Source: Candidatus Heimdallarchaeota archaeon (GTDB taxonomy: Archaea; Asgardarchaeota; Heimdallarchaeia; Hodarchaeales; Hodarchaeaceae). Taken from it: DNA of 64,000 nucleotides. Below, piece after piece: positions 1-9,785 of the stretch; the first letter of the stretch is position 1; every line of letters starts with the position of its first letter. A program made the position numbers and the translations under genes. The DNA lies in NCBI GenBank assembly GCA_020353515.1, contig CP070695.1:3225532-3289531 (forward strand). Reading direction: 5' to 3'. The notes under the pieces were generated by a model. That model was given only the letters and a program-made list of their open reading frames with translations, ran no database searches and had not been told where the DNA came from.

Positions 1-488
1 GCAAATTTGGTTGCCCATTTTTCTTTTAATTCATCTAGGTACTTTTTTCCTTCTGTGGTTATTTGATATTTCTTCTGAGCTCTACCATCAACAACAGATT
101 CAGCTGTTTCAACCAGATTCTTTTCTTCTAGTTTTCTTAAAATGCGAATGACATTACTCCTAGGAATTTTATACTTCTCTTGAATTTGATACCCCGTGAT
201 ACCCTCTGCATGATCAGCTAACATTGTTAAAATGAAAAAGGTCTTTAGATCTTTAAAAGCCCCACGACTTAAGGGGAAAGGAGGAATAAATGGGCCATGA
301 TGACCAGGAAAAAAAGGCCTATGACGTCTTTTGGATCTAAATGGGGATGGTGGGGGTGGTTCATGATGTTCTCCCATCATATAAGGGAAATTACATTTAA
401 AATACCCCTTTGGGAAATGATAGTTGTCTTCATATGAAGGAGAAGAATTGAACTCATCAATTGGTATTTTTTCTTCGTTGTTATTCAT
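1..488 (-). CDS. PadR-family winged-helix transcriptional regulator with His/Pro-rich N-terminal extension (3' end runs off window)
   Basis: Not in ORF track; hand translation from ATG at 488: MNNNEEK...GEHHEPPPPSPF...FILTMLADHAEGITGYQIQEKYKIPRSNVIRILRKLEEKNLV...DGRAQKKYQITTEGKKYLDELKEKW, a typical PadR wHTH pattern. Confidence 0.85.
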   Translation of the reverse strand, partial: MNNNEEKIPIDEFNSSPSYEDNYHFPKGYFKCNFPYMMGEHHEPPPPSPFRSKRRHRPFFPGHHGPFIPPFPLSRGAFKDLKTFFILTMLADHAEGITGYQIQEKYKIPRSNVIRILRKLEEKNLVETAESVVDGRAQKKYQITTEGKKYLDELKEKWATKF

Positions 489-503
489 GTTTTAACACCA
501 ATT

Positions 504-555
504 AGTTATATACTGTAACCATTTATAAATATGTCCATAGCGGTCATATATAACT
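504..555. promoter_or_regulatory. TATA box (TTTATAAA 522-529) flanked by inverted 9-mers, putative PadR operator
   Basis: AGTTATATA (504-512) and its exact reverse complement TATATAACT (547-555) bracket an archaeal-type TATA box 34 nt upstream of the PadR start. Confidence 0.5.
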
Positions 556-712
556 TTCAGACATATGTTCAAACTAAATAGGACTATTGGTGAAACTGAT
601 TTCTAGATAAGAAAAAACGAAAACGAGAGAAAATTCCAGTTGTTGATAGTTAAATAATATTTTAGAAGAAATAAAAAAAGAGAGAGGGGGAGAAATCCTT
701 ACTTATTTTCTC

Positions 713-3700
713 CTACTTTTTTCTCCGTTTGGTAAGGGTTGCAACAAAGTACACACTAATCAAGCTGAAGATGAGAATTTCAAATTCGAACCCTGGTGCA
801 CCACCAATAACTGGGGCATCACCTGTATCTTCTATATTATCTACTTGCAGTATAATACGGATGAATAAGTGATTTACCTTTGTATCATTATCCTGTACAT
901 CAATTTCACAGAGATAATAATCATCAGCTATATCGGTACTATCCCATGTATGTTCAAACATATGCCACCCTGCTTCTGATCCAGTATAACCCATTACCGT
1001 ATCTTCTACATTCCGACCGATATCTGGTTCTCCAGTAGTGGGATCAAAGTCATCAATGACATTAGCTTTAAAGACAACGGAGGTTAATTCTAGATCGTCC
1101 TTAGTTGCAATCTCAAAGTAGATATCACCAGCAACTGGGTCATATTCGTTTAATCTTCCCTCAGCAACATAGTCACTAATGTTTTCTGGAAGATCAGAAC
1201 GACTTGGACTCCATTCAGGGGGATTACTAACTGTTGGTCCTTCCTGACCACCAACAACGATGAAACCAATCTTTTCATATACAGTGTGTTGATTCTCATC
1301 GATATCAATGATGGTTATGTTGAGAATCCGATCGCCATTTATTTCCTTAGTAAGATCGTGTGTTCTCTCATAATAACCAGTCCCATCATTGTAGGTCATT
1401 GTGTACATTGGCCCTTGATCAATCTGCATCTTGACTGATTGAATTCCTAGATCGTCGATTACTTCAACTTCGAATTTGTAACTACCTGTTAGTGTTTCAC
1501 CCACTGCACCTGGTGAAATAATATTTACTGTTGGAGGATTTCCTGGTCTTATATTATCTACTTGGAGGAAGAAATCATATATTACCTTGTGACCATCCAT
1601 ATCCCAGACGGTTATCGTGAAGAAGTGAATACTGTTCTCAGTCTCACCTAAAGTATTCCAGTTGAACTCATAAATATCATCACTGTCAGTGTCGTTCAAT
1701 AAGAAAGCTGTAAAATCCCTAGTTAAGACCACTGCGAAGACTTCGACGTCGTCGGTAACTTCCACTTGGACAGTATGGGTTCCATAAACAGTTGTATTTT
1801 CTGCACTAAGTAGATCAATGACAGGAGGATTGGTGGCAGCTTCATCGTAATTGTCCACTAATAAATTGTGGATTCCAAAGTCTATCCAATTACCTTCATT
1901 ATCCTCACTATATGCCAGAAGTGTCCATTCTCCATCTGCGAATCCATTAGTTGTGTCCCATGTAAGGTTATAGTCTATAGTTGGATAATTATCCCACCAG
2001 ACTGAAAGAGGGATATCTTGTTCAAATTGTGCTATTCGTGCTGGTAAGTCAGCAAAATATGCTTTAACTGTTGTTTCTTTGAATCCAGAGGAACCAAAAC
2101 GCTGATCCCAATCTGTTCCATTCCAGTAATAAAATGGCCAATGAAAACTATGAATACCATGGGAGTTATCATCCCATACTCTCACATGTAGGTGGTTATC
2201 CACCCCTGAGAAAGTAATATCTCGATTTTGAATGTTGTGGTCACCCCAATATTCTTCGTCAGGCTCAGCAGTGTAATTATGGTAATAAAAGTTACCATTT
2301 GGTGGTTGGGTGTCTACATCGTCTTCAAGGAATGTATAGTCAAATATAAGTCCAAATTCGTCTAATACTGTCCCATTGGGGTTATAATCATCATCAACAA
2401 ACTCAAGGGATGCAGCATCAGTATAGATTTCCAAGTTATGATTTACGTACCTTATATCCCTAAACCAATGTTCTTCCCATGTGTCAATATGCCAACCCCA
2501 ACCATTGTTTTCGCGAGGATAGACAGCGTACGCCTCGTATGGAACAACTATCGGAAATCTAGAAGCGGAATAATTACTGCTAAATGGGAAAGATGACCAG
2601 CCCCATTCTGTTAATAATTCGAGATCCTCATTTACATACGATCCTGAATATATCTTAGTTGGATTGACATATTCCTCTGCAAGCGGATTCCACCTGAAAT
2701 CGATTTCATCTATCCATTGATCTACATCAGGATGATAATAAGAAAATTGTCTATATTCTGATGTGGCTGTATTTTGATTTTCAAAGACTGGACTACTTGG
2801 TATTATGTCACTGTTACTTAAAAGACTGTCACTCATTGCTGGAGTGAAAGTGTGGTTACAATAGAACCGATAGGTGTTTCCTTCATAATGCAGGCGATGC
2901 CAGTCCCACCAATTGTGGTGAGTTTCGTTATGTGTAAAATCGATACCCAAATAAGTTTCGATATCCAAAGCTAGATCGTTTGCGGCATTATAATGATCAA
3001 CGAAATCATTATACCCAATAGTAAGCTCAAAACTGTTTGGTGTTACATCTTGTCTGGTGGGTCGGAATGACATCTCTACTATTACTATGTTGGAATCCCA
3101 ACTGTCTGTAACTGTTGGAGATTCAAAATCAATAATTCTCGAGTAATCTCCTCGTAGATAAATGCTTTTGTGTAAATAGCCATAATGATTAACAACTAGT
3201 GATGCTTCCATTCTTGATTGTAAGTAATGGGGGACAAAGTCATAGCCGAAGCTGACTGATAGATCGGTATAGAGACCACTATTGATTTCAAAATCAACAT
3301 CCCAGTAATGATGAGTAACCCAAGGTTCTGGTGGAGGATGATACTTCTGATATATTGTACAAGAACTACTATTTGTTGAAGGAATATGACTTAATGATGT
3401 GACATCTGGAAGAGCATAGTTAATCCATAAATGATCCTGATAACTATTTTTTTGGATCTTTTCTGTGTGGATTAACTCATTCATTGTTAGCATATGAGAC
3501 CCACTGTAACTTCCTGAAATGTCGTAAATGTCGTAATTAAACTCAAACCCAAAAGCAAACCTAATTTCTGGACTACTGCCATCACCTGATGGCCACGCCC
3601 AAGCGCTGATATGGTTTGCTTCAGTTACATTAATGGTTTCAGCTAATCCTCCAATATCACGAGGAATAATTTCATCATTGACATATTCAGTAAACCAAGG

Positions 3701-4249
3701 CCATACAATGTGTGACCGATAACGAACAGCTGTCAGATCGGTCCACCTGTCACCTCTCCAATCCTCCCACGCCCATGTGCCTGCGTACTCATAGCTGATC
3801 ATTAAACCTCGACTCATGTAATCAACGATGCGATCAGCATAGTCTCTAGCTAACTCCGCATTATTGGTTCTAAAGTGGATTTCTACCTCAGTATTCTGAT
3901 CTCCTGGATTATCCGTCGGCCAAAACCACCAATTAGCATGATCAAATATATCATAGACATCTTGATAACTTGCTATGAAAAGATTCAGGTTCTGTTCTCC
4001 AAATCCTAGATCCTTAGAATGAATCTCTGCTCGAGCGTTCATCCACCCGTCGTGATTAACCCATACCCAAGCTGACTCCCAAATATCGGAATATATTTCA
4101 ACAGAAGGAGTAGGAGTGATGAATGTTCTTTTAATAGGTACTGAATCGGTGCCTTGCGTTATCTGTAGTGATGATGATATTAAAAGCAATGAAAGGAGAA
4201 GAAGACAAAGTGTAGAAATTATGGTCTTATTTCGTTTTGTTTCATTCAT
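713..4249 (-). CDS. Large secreted cell-surface protein: duplicated N-terminal domain, about 4 Ig-like repeats, PGF-type C-terminal anchor
   Basis: N-terminal signal peptide; repeated PP.V.I....V.V.DD..V..V and WDT...DG.Y Ig-like units; ends GAPGF + TM helix + KRRKK. Confidence 0.8.
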   Translation of the reverse strand: MNETKRNKTIISTLCLLLLSLLLISSSLQITQGTDSVPIKRTFITPTPSVEIYSDIWESAWVWVNHDGWMNARAEIHSKDLGFGEQNLNLFIASYQDVYDIFDHANWWFWPTDNPGDQNTEVEIHFRTNNAELARDYADRIVDYMSRGLMISYEYAGTWAWEDWRGDRWTDLTAVRYRSHIVWPWFTEYVNDEIIPRDIGGLAETINVTEANHISAWAWPSGDGSSPEIRFAFGFEFNYDIYDISGSYSGSHMLTMNELIHTEKIQKNSYQDHLWINYALPDVTSLSHIPSTNSSSCTIYQKYHPPPEPWVTHHYWDVDFEINSGLYTDLSVSFGYDFVPHYLQSRMEASLVVNHYGYLHKSIYLRGDYSRIIDFESPTVTDSWDSNIVIVEMSFRPTRQDVTPNSFELTIGYNDFVDHYNAANDLALDIETYLGIDFTHNETHHNWWDWHRLHYEGNTYRFYCNHTFTPAMSDSLLSNSDIIPSSPVFENQNTATSEYRQFSYYHPDVDQWIDEIDFRWNPLAEEYVNPTKIYSGSYVNEDLELLTEWGWSSFPFSSNYSASRFPIVVPYEAYAVYPRENNGWGWHIDTWEEHWFRDIRYVNHNLEIYTDAASLEFVDDDYNPNGTVLDEFGLIFDYTFLEDDVDTQPPNGNFYYHNYTAEPDEEYWGDHNIQNRDITFSGVDNHLHVRVWDDNSHGIHSFHWPFYYWNGTDWDQRFGSSGFKETTVKAYFADLPARIAQFEQDIPLSVWWDNYPTIDYNLTWDTTNGFADGEWTLLAYSEDNEGNWIDFGIHNLLVDNYDEAATNPPVIDLLSAENTTVYGTHTVQVEVTDDVEVFAVVLTRDFTAFLLNDTDSDDIYEFNWNTLGETENSIHFFTITVWDMDGHKVIYDFFLQVDNIRPGNPPTVNIISPGAVGETLTGSYKFEVEVIDDLGIQSVKMQIDQGPMYTMTYNDGTGYYERTHDLTKEINGDRILNITIIDIDENQHTVYEKIGFIVVGGQEGPTVSNPPEWSPSRSDLPENISDYVAEGRLNEYDPVAGDIYFEIATKDDLELTSVVFKANVIDDFDPTTGEPDIGRNVEDTVMGYTGSEAGWHMFEHTWDSTDIADDYYLCEIDVQDNDTKVNHLFIRIILQVDNIEDTGDAPVIGGAPGFEFEILIFSLISVYFVATLTKRRKK

Positions 4250-4491
4250 TTTTGAGTTTTCTCCATAATTTTTCTAGAATATGATTATGTGTCGTAGGGA
4301 AAGAGGGGAATGGATATTGATAAAGTAAACCATATCAAATATCCCTATTACAAGAATCCTCTGTGGTGTGTGAGGCTTTTACAAGTCTGGTTTATTGATT
4401 AAAACCCCACAAGTTCGTAATGTCATTAATAATATGCTAGAAGAACGTTAAAAAAGAATGTCAAGTAATCTCCCCCTATTTTCCATTTTTT

Positions 4492-4794
4492 TTAAAATGA
4501 AGAACATTTTAGTTGTGGTTTACCAACAACTGCAAAGACTTCTACATCTTTAAAATCTTTATTAGGAGAATTCACTTCAAAAAGTGGAACTGATGCTAAT
4601 TCACAGTTCTTTGATAAAATCTCATATTCTTTCTTCTGAAATGTTTCTAAAACGTAAACAGCTTTCACTAAACCGCTCATCACGTATACTAATGTCGCAT
4701 AGTAACCTGTTACATAGCTTCCCTCTTCCAAATAATATGTACTTTGATCTAGTGATCTGTTATTCTCTATGATGACTTTTCCTTCTGGGGTCAT
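4492..4794 (-). CDS. Hypothetical protein, possibly a 5'-truncated remnant
   Basis: 100-aa ORF with no recognised motif; an upstream coding-like frame ends in a TGA overlapping its ATG. Confidence 0.4.
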   Translation of the reverse strand: MTPEGKVIIENNRSLDQSTYYLEEGSYVTGYYATLVYVMSGLVKAVYVLETFQKKEYEILSKNCELASVPLFEVNSPNKDFKDVEVFAVVGKPQLKCSSF

Positions 4795-5041
4795 TGAACA
4801 TACCGCTGACTAAATGTGCTTAATGATCTAGTATAGGCATTCTTTGAAGCAAATCGTATTATTGGCATGTTACTGTCATAAACGATTTCATCATTTTATT
4901 ATTAATATCACTAAATTTTATACCTTTCATTATAGGCACAAAGGAAGAAAATAGTCATTATATTTTGGCTTTTTCATAAATATCCTTCTTCCAGAATTGG
5001 GAAATTCTTTCTTTCGTGGAATTTCTGCTGGAGAGGTGATT

Positions 5042-5392
5042 ATGAAACCAAGAAAATCATATATTACACTGATTAAGATTTTCATCAAAGTGGGATTTGG
5101 TTTATTTCTTGGTTTACTTGTGGAAATCGTATACTCTGATAGGGCACGGATAAATCCCTCCCTTAGACTTCTCGGACTATGTAATTTCTTGGTAGGTGGT
5201 ATTTTCCTTATCTTTGCAGGCTTGAGATTGTTTTTTGGACCTGCTTACATTGAAGTTATTACTGATGGAGAAAGTGGAGAACTCTTTAGTTCTTTAGAAA
5301 CCGAGTTTTTATGTGGTTTTGGTAAATCAGGGGAAGATATACTTGCAGGATTAATAATTTTTGTTATCTCTATTGGGCTGATGATAACTTAA
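5042..5392 (+). CDS. Hypothetical membrane protein (about 3 TM)
   Basis: Hydrophobic segments; SD-like GGAGAGGTGA just before ATG 5042 (track start 4997). Confidence 0.6.
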   Translation: MKPRKSYITLIKIFIKVGFGLFLGLLVEIVYSDRARINPSLRLLGLCNFLVGGIFLIFAGLRLFFGPAYIEVITDGESGELFSSLETEFLCGFGKSGEDILAGLIIFVISIGLMIT

Positions 5393-5419
5393 CAATAAAT
5401 TCAATTCTTGACTTGAATT

Positions 5420-6394
5420 CTATGTGATTGCTGCAATTGCAATCACATATCCAAGTAATGATCCAAAAAGGGGAATTATCGCTGATACACGAATCAATTG
5501 AGGAATAGGATAGGAAGACATTGAAATAAGGCGGTTAAAATTGTTTTGATGTCGTATGATGGTTATTTCATCACTTTTATTAAGAATTAGGGAATGAATA
5601 ATCTCTTGTTGCTTATATATCACAGAATTAAGGATATTGTGATATTTCTTCCAGCTACGAAAGATTGATAGTCCACTCTGTTGAAAACCAATGAGGATTA
5701 ACAGCAATAGAGAACTTAGGAAAAGAATTAAGAACCAAGACATGTCCAAGATAGCAAAAAATAATGAGATTATTGTTGATACAAAAAATGGTAAGAGAAA
5801 AGAAAGAAGTAAGAATTCAAACAGTAACGGTGGGAAATCATCAAAAATAAATGGATAAATCCATTCAAGATCGATATCAGTTGATATCTTCTTTAGCTGG
5901 AATCTTTTTTTTCTATTCACTTCATCGAAAGTAATAAAGTTTTCAATCGACCCAACATTTTCTAGCCTCTTGAATAAAGACAACATTTGATCATGATAAC
6001 TACTCCAATTAGGTCTACAAAGAAATGATCTGTATAAAATCGTAATTACAGAAAAAGAAATACCTAAAGACGTTGCAAATCCAATTGAGATCTCCAATCC
6101 AGCAGATACCTCAAAAGGGACATTACTAAAAGCTTCAGGACTTTCAAATGTTCCTAAAAAGACACTAGAGATCACATCAATTGAGAATGCCAAGGAACTC
6201 AAACCTGTAAGGCTTAATATTATGGAAATGATTAATGGAAAGATTTTTTGGCGCCATGATTGTGGGCGATCAAATTTCTCCTTCTCTTTTTGTAAATAAT
6301 CCACAAAGCTTTCTGATTTCTCATGTGGGATATCTTCTTTAATTTCCCAATAGAGTTCTTCCTCCAAAATCATATTCTGTTTTAATTGATCCAT
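5420..6394 (-). CDS. Hypothetical multi-pass membrane protein
   Basis: About 5 hydrophobic helices; probable start ATG 6394 (track start 6466). Confidence 0.65.
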   Translation of the reverse strand: MDQLKQNMILEEELYWEIKEDIPHEKSESFVDYLQKEKEKFDRPQSWRQKIFPLIISIILSLTGLSSLAFSIDVISSVFLGTFESPEAFSNVPFEVSAGLEISIGFATSLGISFSVITILYRSFLCRPNWSSYHDQMLSLFKRLENVGSIENFITFDEVNRKKRFQLKKISTDIDLEWIYPFIFDDFPPLLFEFLLLSFLLPFFVSTIISLFFAILDMSWFLILFLSSLLLLILIGFQQSGLSIFRSWKKYHNILNSVIYKQQEIIHSLILNKSDEITIIRHQNNFNRLISMSSYPIPQLIRVSAIIPLFGSLLGYVIAIAAIT

Positions 6395-6462
6395 TGATCT
6401 TCCCTTCAGAATTCTATAGCTTATTATTGAGATACAACAAGTCCTCTCTTCTTGAATTAGAT

Positions 6463-6912
6463 TCAATCTTCGATTTTGAATTCCAGATTTATCATATCGC
6501 CTCGTGTAAAACCAATGGCATTAAAAAATCGTAATAATTCCCAATCTCGCCAGTTAACCAAGGTATAGACTGTATCAACGCCTACTTTTTTCATGTAATT
6601 AAGGAGCTCTTTCATCAATAATCCTCCTACCCCTTTTTTCTGAAATGCTGGATCAACACCTATTGTATCGATCCAACCAATGTTTTCTGGTACACCATAT
6701 TCCCAGCCACTGGCCTCACCAAAGATGAAACCAACAACTTTTCCCTCTATTTCAGCGACGAGTGAGGGCAGAGGTGATTTTTTTCCAGCCATTTCAACCT
6801 TTCTTTCCCAGTAGTCGGGTCGTTGTTCTCCAAGGACTTTATCATCAATCTCAATGATTACTTCAAGATCTTCTTCCTTCATTACCCTGATTGTTGCTTC
6901 TTGTGTTGACAT
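6463..6912 (-). CDS. GNAT-family N-acetyltransferase
   Basis: IGVDPAFQKKGVGGLLM acetyl-CoA binding motif A; FFNAIGF C-terminal motif. Confidence 0.9.
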   Translation of the reverse strand: MSTQEATIRVMKEEDLEVIIEIDDKVLGEQRPDYWERKVEMAGKKSPLPSLVAEIEGKVVGFIFGEASGWEYGVPENIGWIDTIGVDPAFQKKGVGGLLMKELLNYMKKVGVDTVYTLVNWRDWELLRFFNAIGFTRGDMINLEFKIED

Positions 6913-7124
6913 GTTTTCCTATCCTTCTCCTATCTACAAGCTTGCAAGTCAATTATAAACCTTTCATAGATATAACTGAAAAGTTGACAATCTAAATCCA
7001 TTTTTTTTATAAAAAATACCGTTATTATCCGTATTATCCTTGATAGAGGTAATAAAATTAATAGGGAAAATTATTTTGAAGCTTCTTTTCCCTGGATGTT
7101 GGTAACTTATAATCATTCCCAAAA

Positions 7125-7535
7125 ATGAGTCTTAACAGCTTTTCAGGAGAAATAATTATGTCTAATGATATCCTATTATATGTAGGAGCTATAATCCCTA
7201 TATTTTGGGGCATAGCCCATATATTCCCAACAAATTCTGTATTAAAGGATTTTGGGGATATTTCAGACGATAATAAGAATATTCTAAAAATGGAATGGCT
7301 CAACGAAAGCCTCACATTGGTCTTCATTGGAATTCTTATTATCTTAGTCACTTTTCTAGGTGATTCAACAAGCTATATTGCACAAATTGTGTACTGGTTG
7401 TCAGCTTTAATGCTTGTTGCAATGGCAGTCTTATCATTAATGACTGGATTTAAGGTTGATTTTCTCCCTTTTAAACTGTGTCCCCTAATATTTGGAGTAT
7501 CCGCCATAGTAGTAATTTTAGGTGCCATTTTATAG
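7125..7535 (+). CDS. Hypothetical 4-TM membrane protein
   Basis: Four hydrophobic helices; likely start at MSNDILL after AGGAGA. Confidence 0.7.
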   Translation: MSLNSFSGEIIMSNDILLYVGAIIPIFWGIAHIFPTNSVLKDFGDISDDNKNILKMEWLNESLTLVFIGILIILVTFLGDSTSYIAQIVYWLSALMLVAMAVLSLMTGFKVDFLPFKLCPLIFGVSAIVVILGAIL

Positions 7536-7577
7536 AAGCCATTTATATTCTGAGATAAAAAGGTATATCTCCTCTAA

Positions 7578-8492
7578 TTAGTGTTTATATCTCTTAGCCA
7601 TTGCTAAGATGTGATCAACCCTCCAATCTTGGAAATGAAACCCTTCACCCCCAGTGATGGTATCTGTAGATAGAATATCAGAGAATCTTTGCTTAAGCTC
7701 TTCCTCGATATTTCTGATCGTTTTAATGTTTGGAGCAAAGAAGCTTAAGATAACAACAGGTTTTTCAACGACTATCCAACCAACCCAGAAATTTTCAGCA
7801 AAAATTCTTATTATATTCTGAAAGAAATCAATTTTATTGGCCTCTAATTTTAATGTACAAAAAATCGTGAATATTATCAGTTCCTCTGAAGATCCTGGAG
7901 ACAATAATAAGGAAAAGTAAATATGACCTGCATTAGTTAATCGATCAAGCCTTTTCTTCAATGTCCTTGTGGAAATCTGGGTTCGTTCTGAAAGGGTTTG
8001 TAATGGCATTCTACCATTATTTCTTAGTTCAGAAATTATTTTATAATCAGCAGGAGCTATTTTTGGTTTATCTTCAATTGGTCTCGATAGTAACAAGAAA
8101 ATTTCAACCGTATCTACATGGGAGATTGATTTTAACCAGGTCTCCAGATTTACAACTTCTGAACTCGTTTTATAAGTAAAAACCGCGATTATTATGTTAC
8201 CGATTCCTACTCCCACTGTGAAGATGAGTTCATGCTTGCCAATCGTGTCAACAACATCTTGTACACGTTCAATTGTACTAGAAACATTGATTCGTGCTAG
8301 TCCAGATTCTTCCCCTAGGATTCCAAAACTTAGTTCACACGAATAACCCTTAATAACTCCTTCCTTTTCCAAATTATTAATTCGTTTTTTCACTCCACTG
8401 ATACTTAATTTTACCTTTTTCGCTATAGTTGTAATAGGCATTCGGCCATTAGAATTCAATAATTTAATGATTTCAAGATCCTTGGAGTCCAT
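7578..8492 (-). CDS. Tandem (double HTH) Lrp/AsnC-family transcriptional regulator
   Basis: Two HTH units: DLEIIKLLNSNGRMPITTIAKKV...RINNLEKEGVI and DYKIISELRNNGRMPLQTLSERT...RLDRLTNAGHI, each followed by a RAM-like region. Confidence 0.9.
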   Translation of the reverse strand: MDSKDLEIIKLLNSNGRMPITTIAKKVKLSISGVKKRINNLEKEGVIKGYSCELSFGILGEESGLARINVSSTIERVQDVVDTIGKHELIFTVGVGIGNIIIAVFTYKTSSEVVNLETWLKSISHVDTVEIFLLLSRPIEDKPKIAPADYKIISELRNNGRMPLQTLSERTQISTRTLKKRLDRLTNAGHIYFSLLLSPGSSEELIIFTIFCTLKLEANKIDFFQNIIRIFAENFWVGWIVVEKPVVILSFFAPNIKTIRNIEEELKQRFSDILSTDTITGGEGFHFQDWRVDHILAMAKRYKH

Positions 8493-8566
8493 CTAGAACA
8501 GCTTTACGGTTTCATAATAAAAATTTAATTATCTAACTCAGAATCCAAAAGGATGCTTTCACGTTT

Positions 8567-8584
8567 TTGCACTTTAAAGTACAA
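8567..8584. promoter_or_regulatory. Near-perfect palindrome in divergent promoter, putative operator
   Basis: TTGCACTTT|AAAGTACAA, 8 of 9 positions pair; lies between the Lrp gene and the 8700 operon. Confidence 0.45.
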
Positions 8585-8699
8585 CTTTATGAAGGTTTTA
8601 ACCGTTCTATATGAGCTTCTTTACACTCTAAGTTATCGAAACGTATTAATTCTTAATCATTTGTGAGGTCAACTGAAAATATTTCGAGAGAGATGAAAT

Positions 8700-8972
8700 A
8701 TGAAACAAAAAAAGGAAACTATTCCCCAGAGAATTGCTTTGGATTTATGTGAAGAAGTTCGAATAAGAAATCAGCAGAAACGCTGGCCTTTCTACATTGG
8801 AAAAATACAATGTCATTTTTGCTGGCGTTTCGGAAAGAAAGCCTATAATGCAGGTAACCCTGGAAATTTATGTGCTTTTGGTTCAGATGACAATCGTGGC
8901 TGCTGGCAGGTGAATAAATTATATGATGAACAGTTTTCTAATGAAGATTTAAGTTCTCTTCTAAAAGAATGA
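8700..8972 (+). CDS. Small Cys-containing hypothetical protein
   Basis: 90 aa with 5 Cys including CHFC; first gene divergent from the Lrp regulator. Confidence 0.65.
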   Translation: MKQKKETIPQRIALDLCEEVRIRNQQKRWPFYIGKIQCHFCWRFGKKAYNAGNPGNLCAFGSDDNRGCWQVNKLYDEQFSNEDLSSLLKE

Positions 8973-8990
8973 TATAGAAGGTGAAAAAAG

Positions 8991-9692
8991 TTGCCAGCAA
9001 CAACAGGAACGGATGGATATCGGTTTCCTATGCGATTGGAATCCCAGAATTATCAGAAAATTAGACCTAAATTGATAATCAAATGGGGTATAATTTTCAG
9101 TTGTATTCTCCAGATTGTATTTTTTCTTTGTATCTTTTTTTGGGACTATTATGCGGGACAAGCAACAATGGGTTTCGGGATAGAAGGAGAGTCATACATG
9201 GGAATTGGGATGTTTTATATCTATACGATTTCTTTCCTCTTAAGTTTGATAGTACTCTCGGCAATTTACAAAACTGACCAAACCTTTGGTATAGGTGTTT
9301 TTATTTTTATCCCGTATGCAATAATTGGATTTTTTGTTGAATATTACTATGAGATTGATGTGTTAAAAGGTGTATGGGCTGTTATTGGATGGTGTTTGAT
9401 TGGTTTATTGGTTGGATTTTCGGCAGATGTCTCTTTCAAGTTACTAAAAGGTCAAACAAGAATCCGTGAAGAATATATTGCTGGATTAACGGGTATATTT
9501 TTGAATTTGGTTTACTTTATACTGGTTTGTATAGCCATCGAAACTTTCTACATATCAGGGACTGGCCTTTCTGGACCAGGTTCATTTATTGGTGTTACCT
9601 ATTTTGGTTTACCCTGGATGCTGATTCATGGCTTCTTTGGCGGATATCTAGCAGGTGTAATGAAAAATCGCGAACCACGTTATCATTATTAA
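8991..9692 (+). CDS. Hypothetical multi-pass membrane protein (about 6 TM)
   Basis: Gly-rich hydrophobic helices; AGGTGA upstream of TTG. Confidence 0.7.
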   Translation: MPATTGTDGYRFPMRLESQNYQKIRPKLIIKWGIIFSCILQIVFFLCIFFWDYYAGQATMGFGIEGESYMGIGMFYIYTISFLLSLIVLSAIYKTDQTFGIGVFIFIPYAIIGFFVEYYYEIDVLKGVWAVIGWCLIGLLVGFSADVSFKLLKGQTRIREEYIAGLTGIFLNLVYFILVCIAIETFYISGTGLSGPGSFIGVTYFGLPWMLIHGFFGGYLAGVMKNREPRYHY

Positions 9693-9785
9693 TGTGCTTT
9701 AGAAGAATAGATACTGTTTTAATTGAGAATTAACACTTAAAAGTAAATCAACCACTTCCAACCTATTCTGATTGGAGGATTTTCA

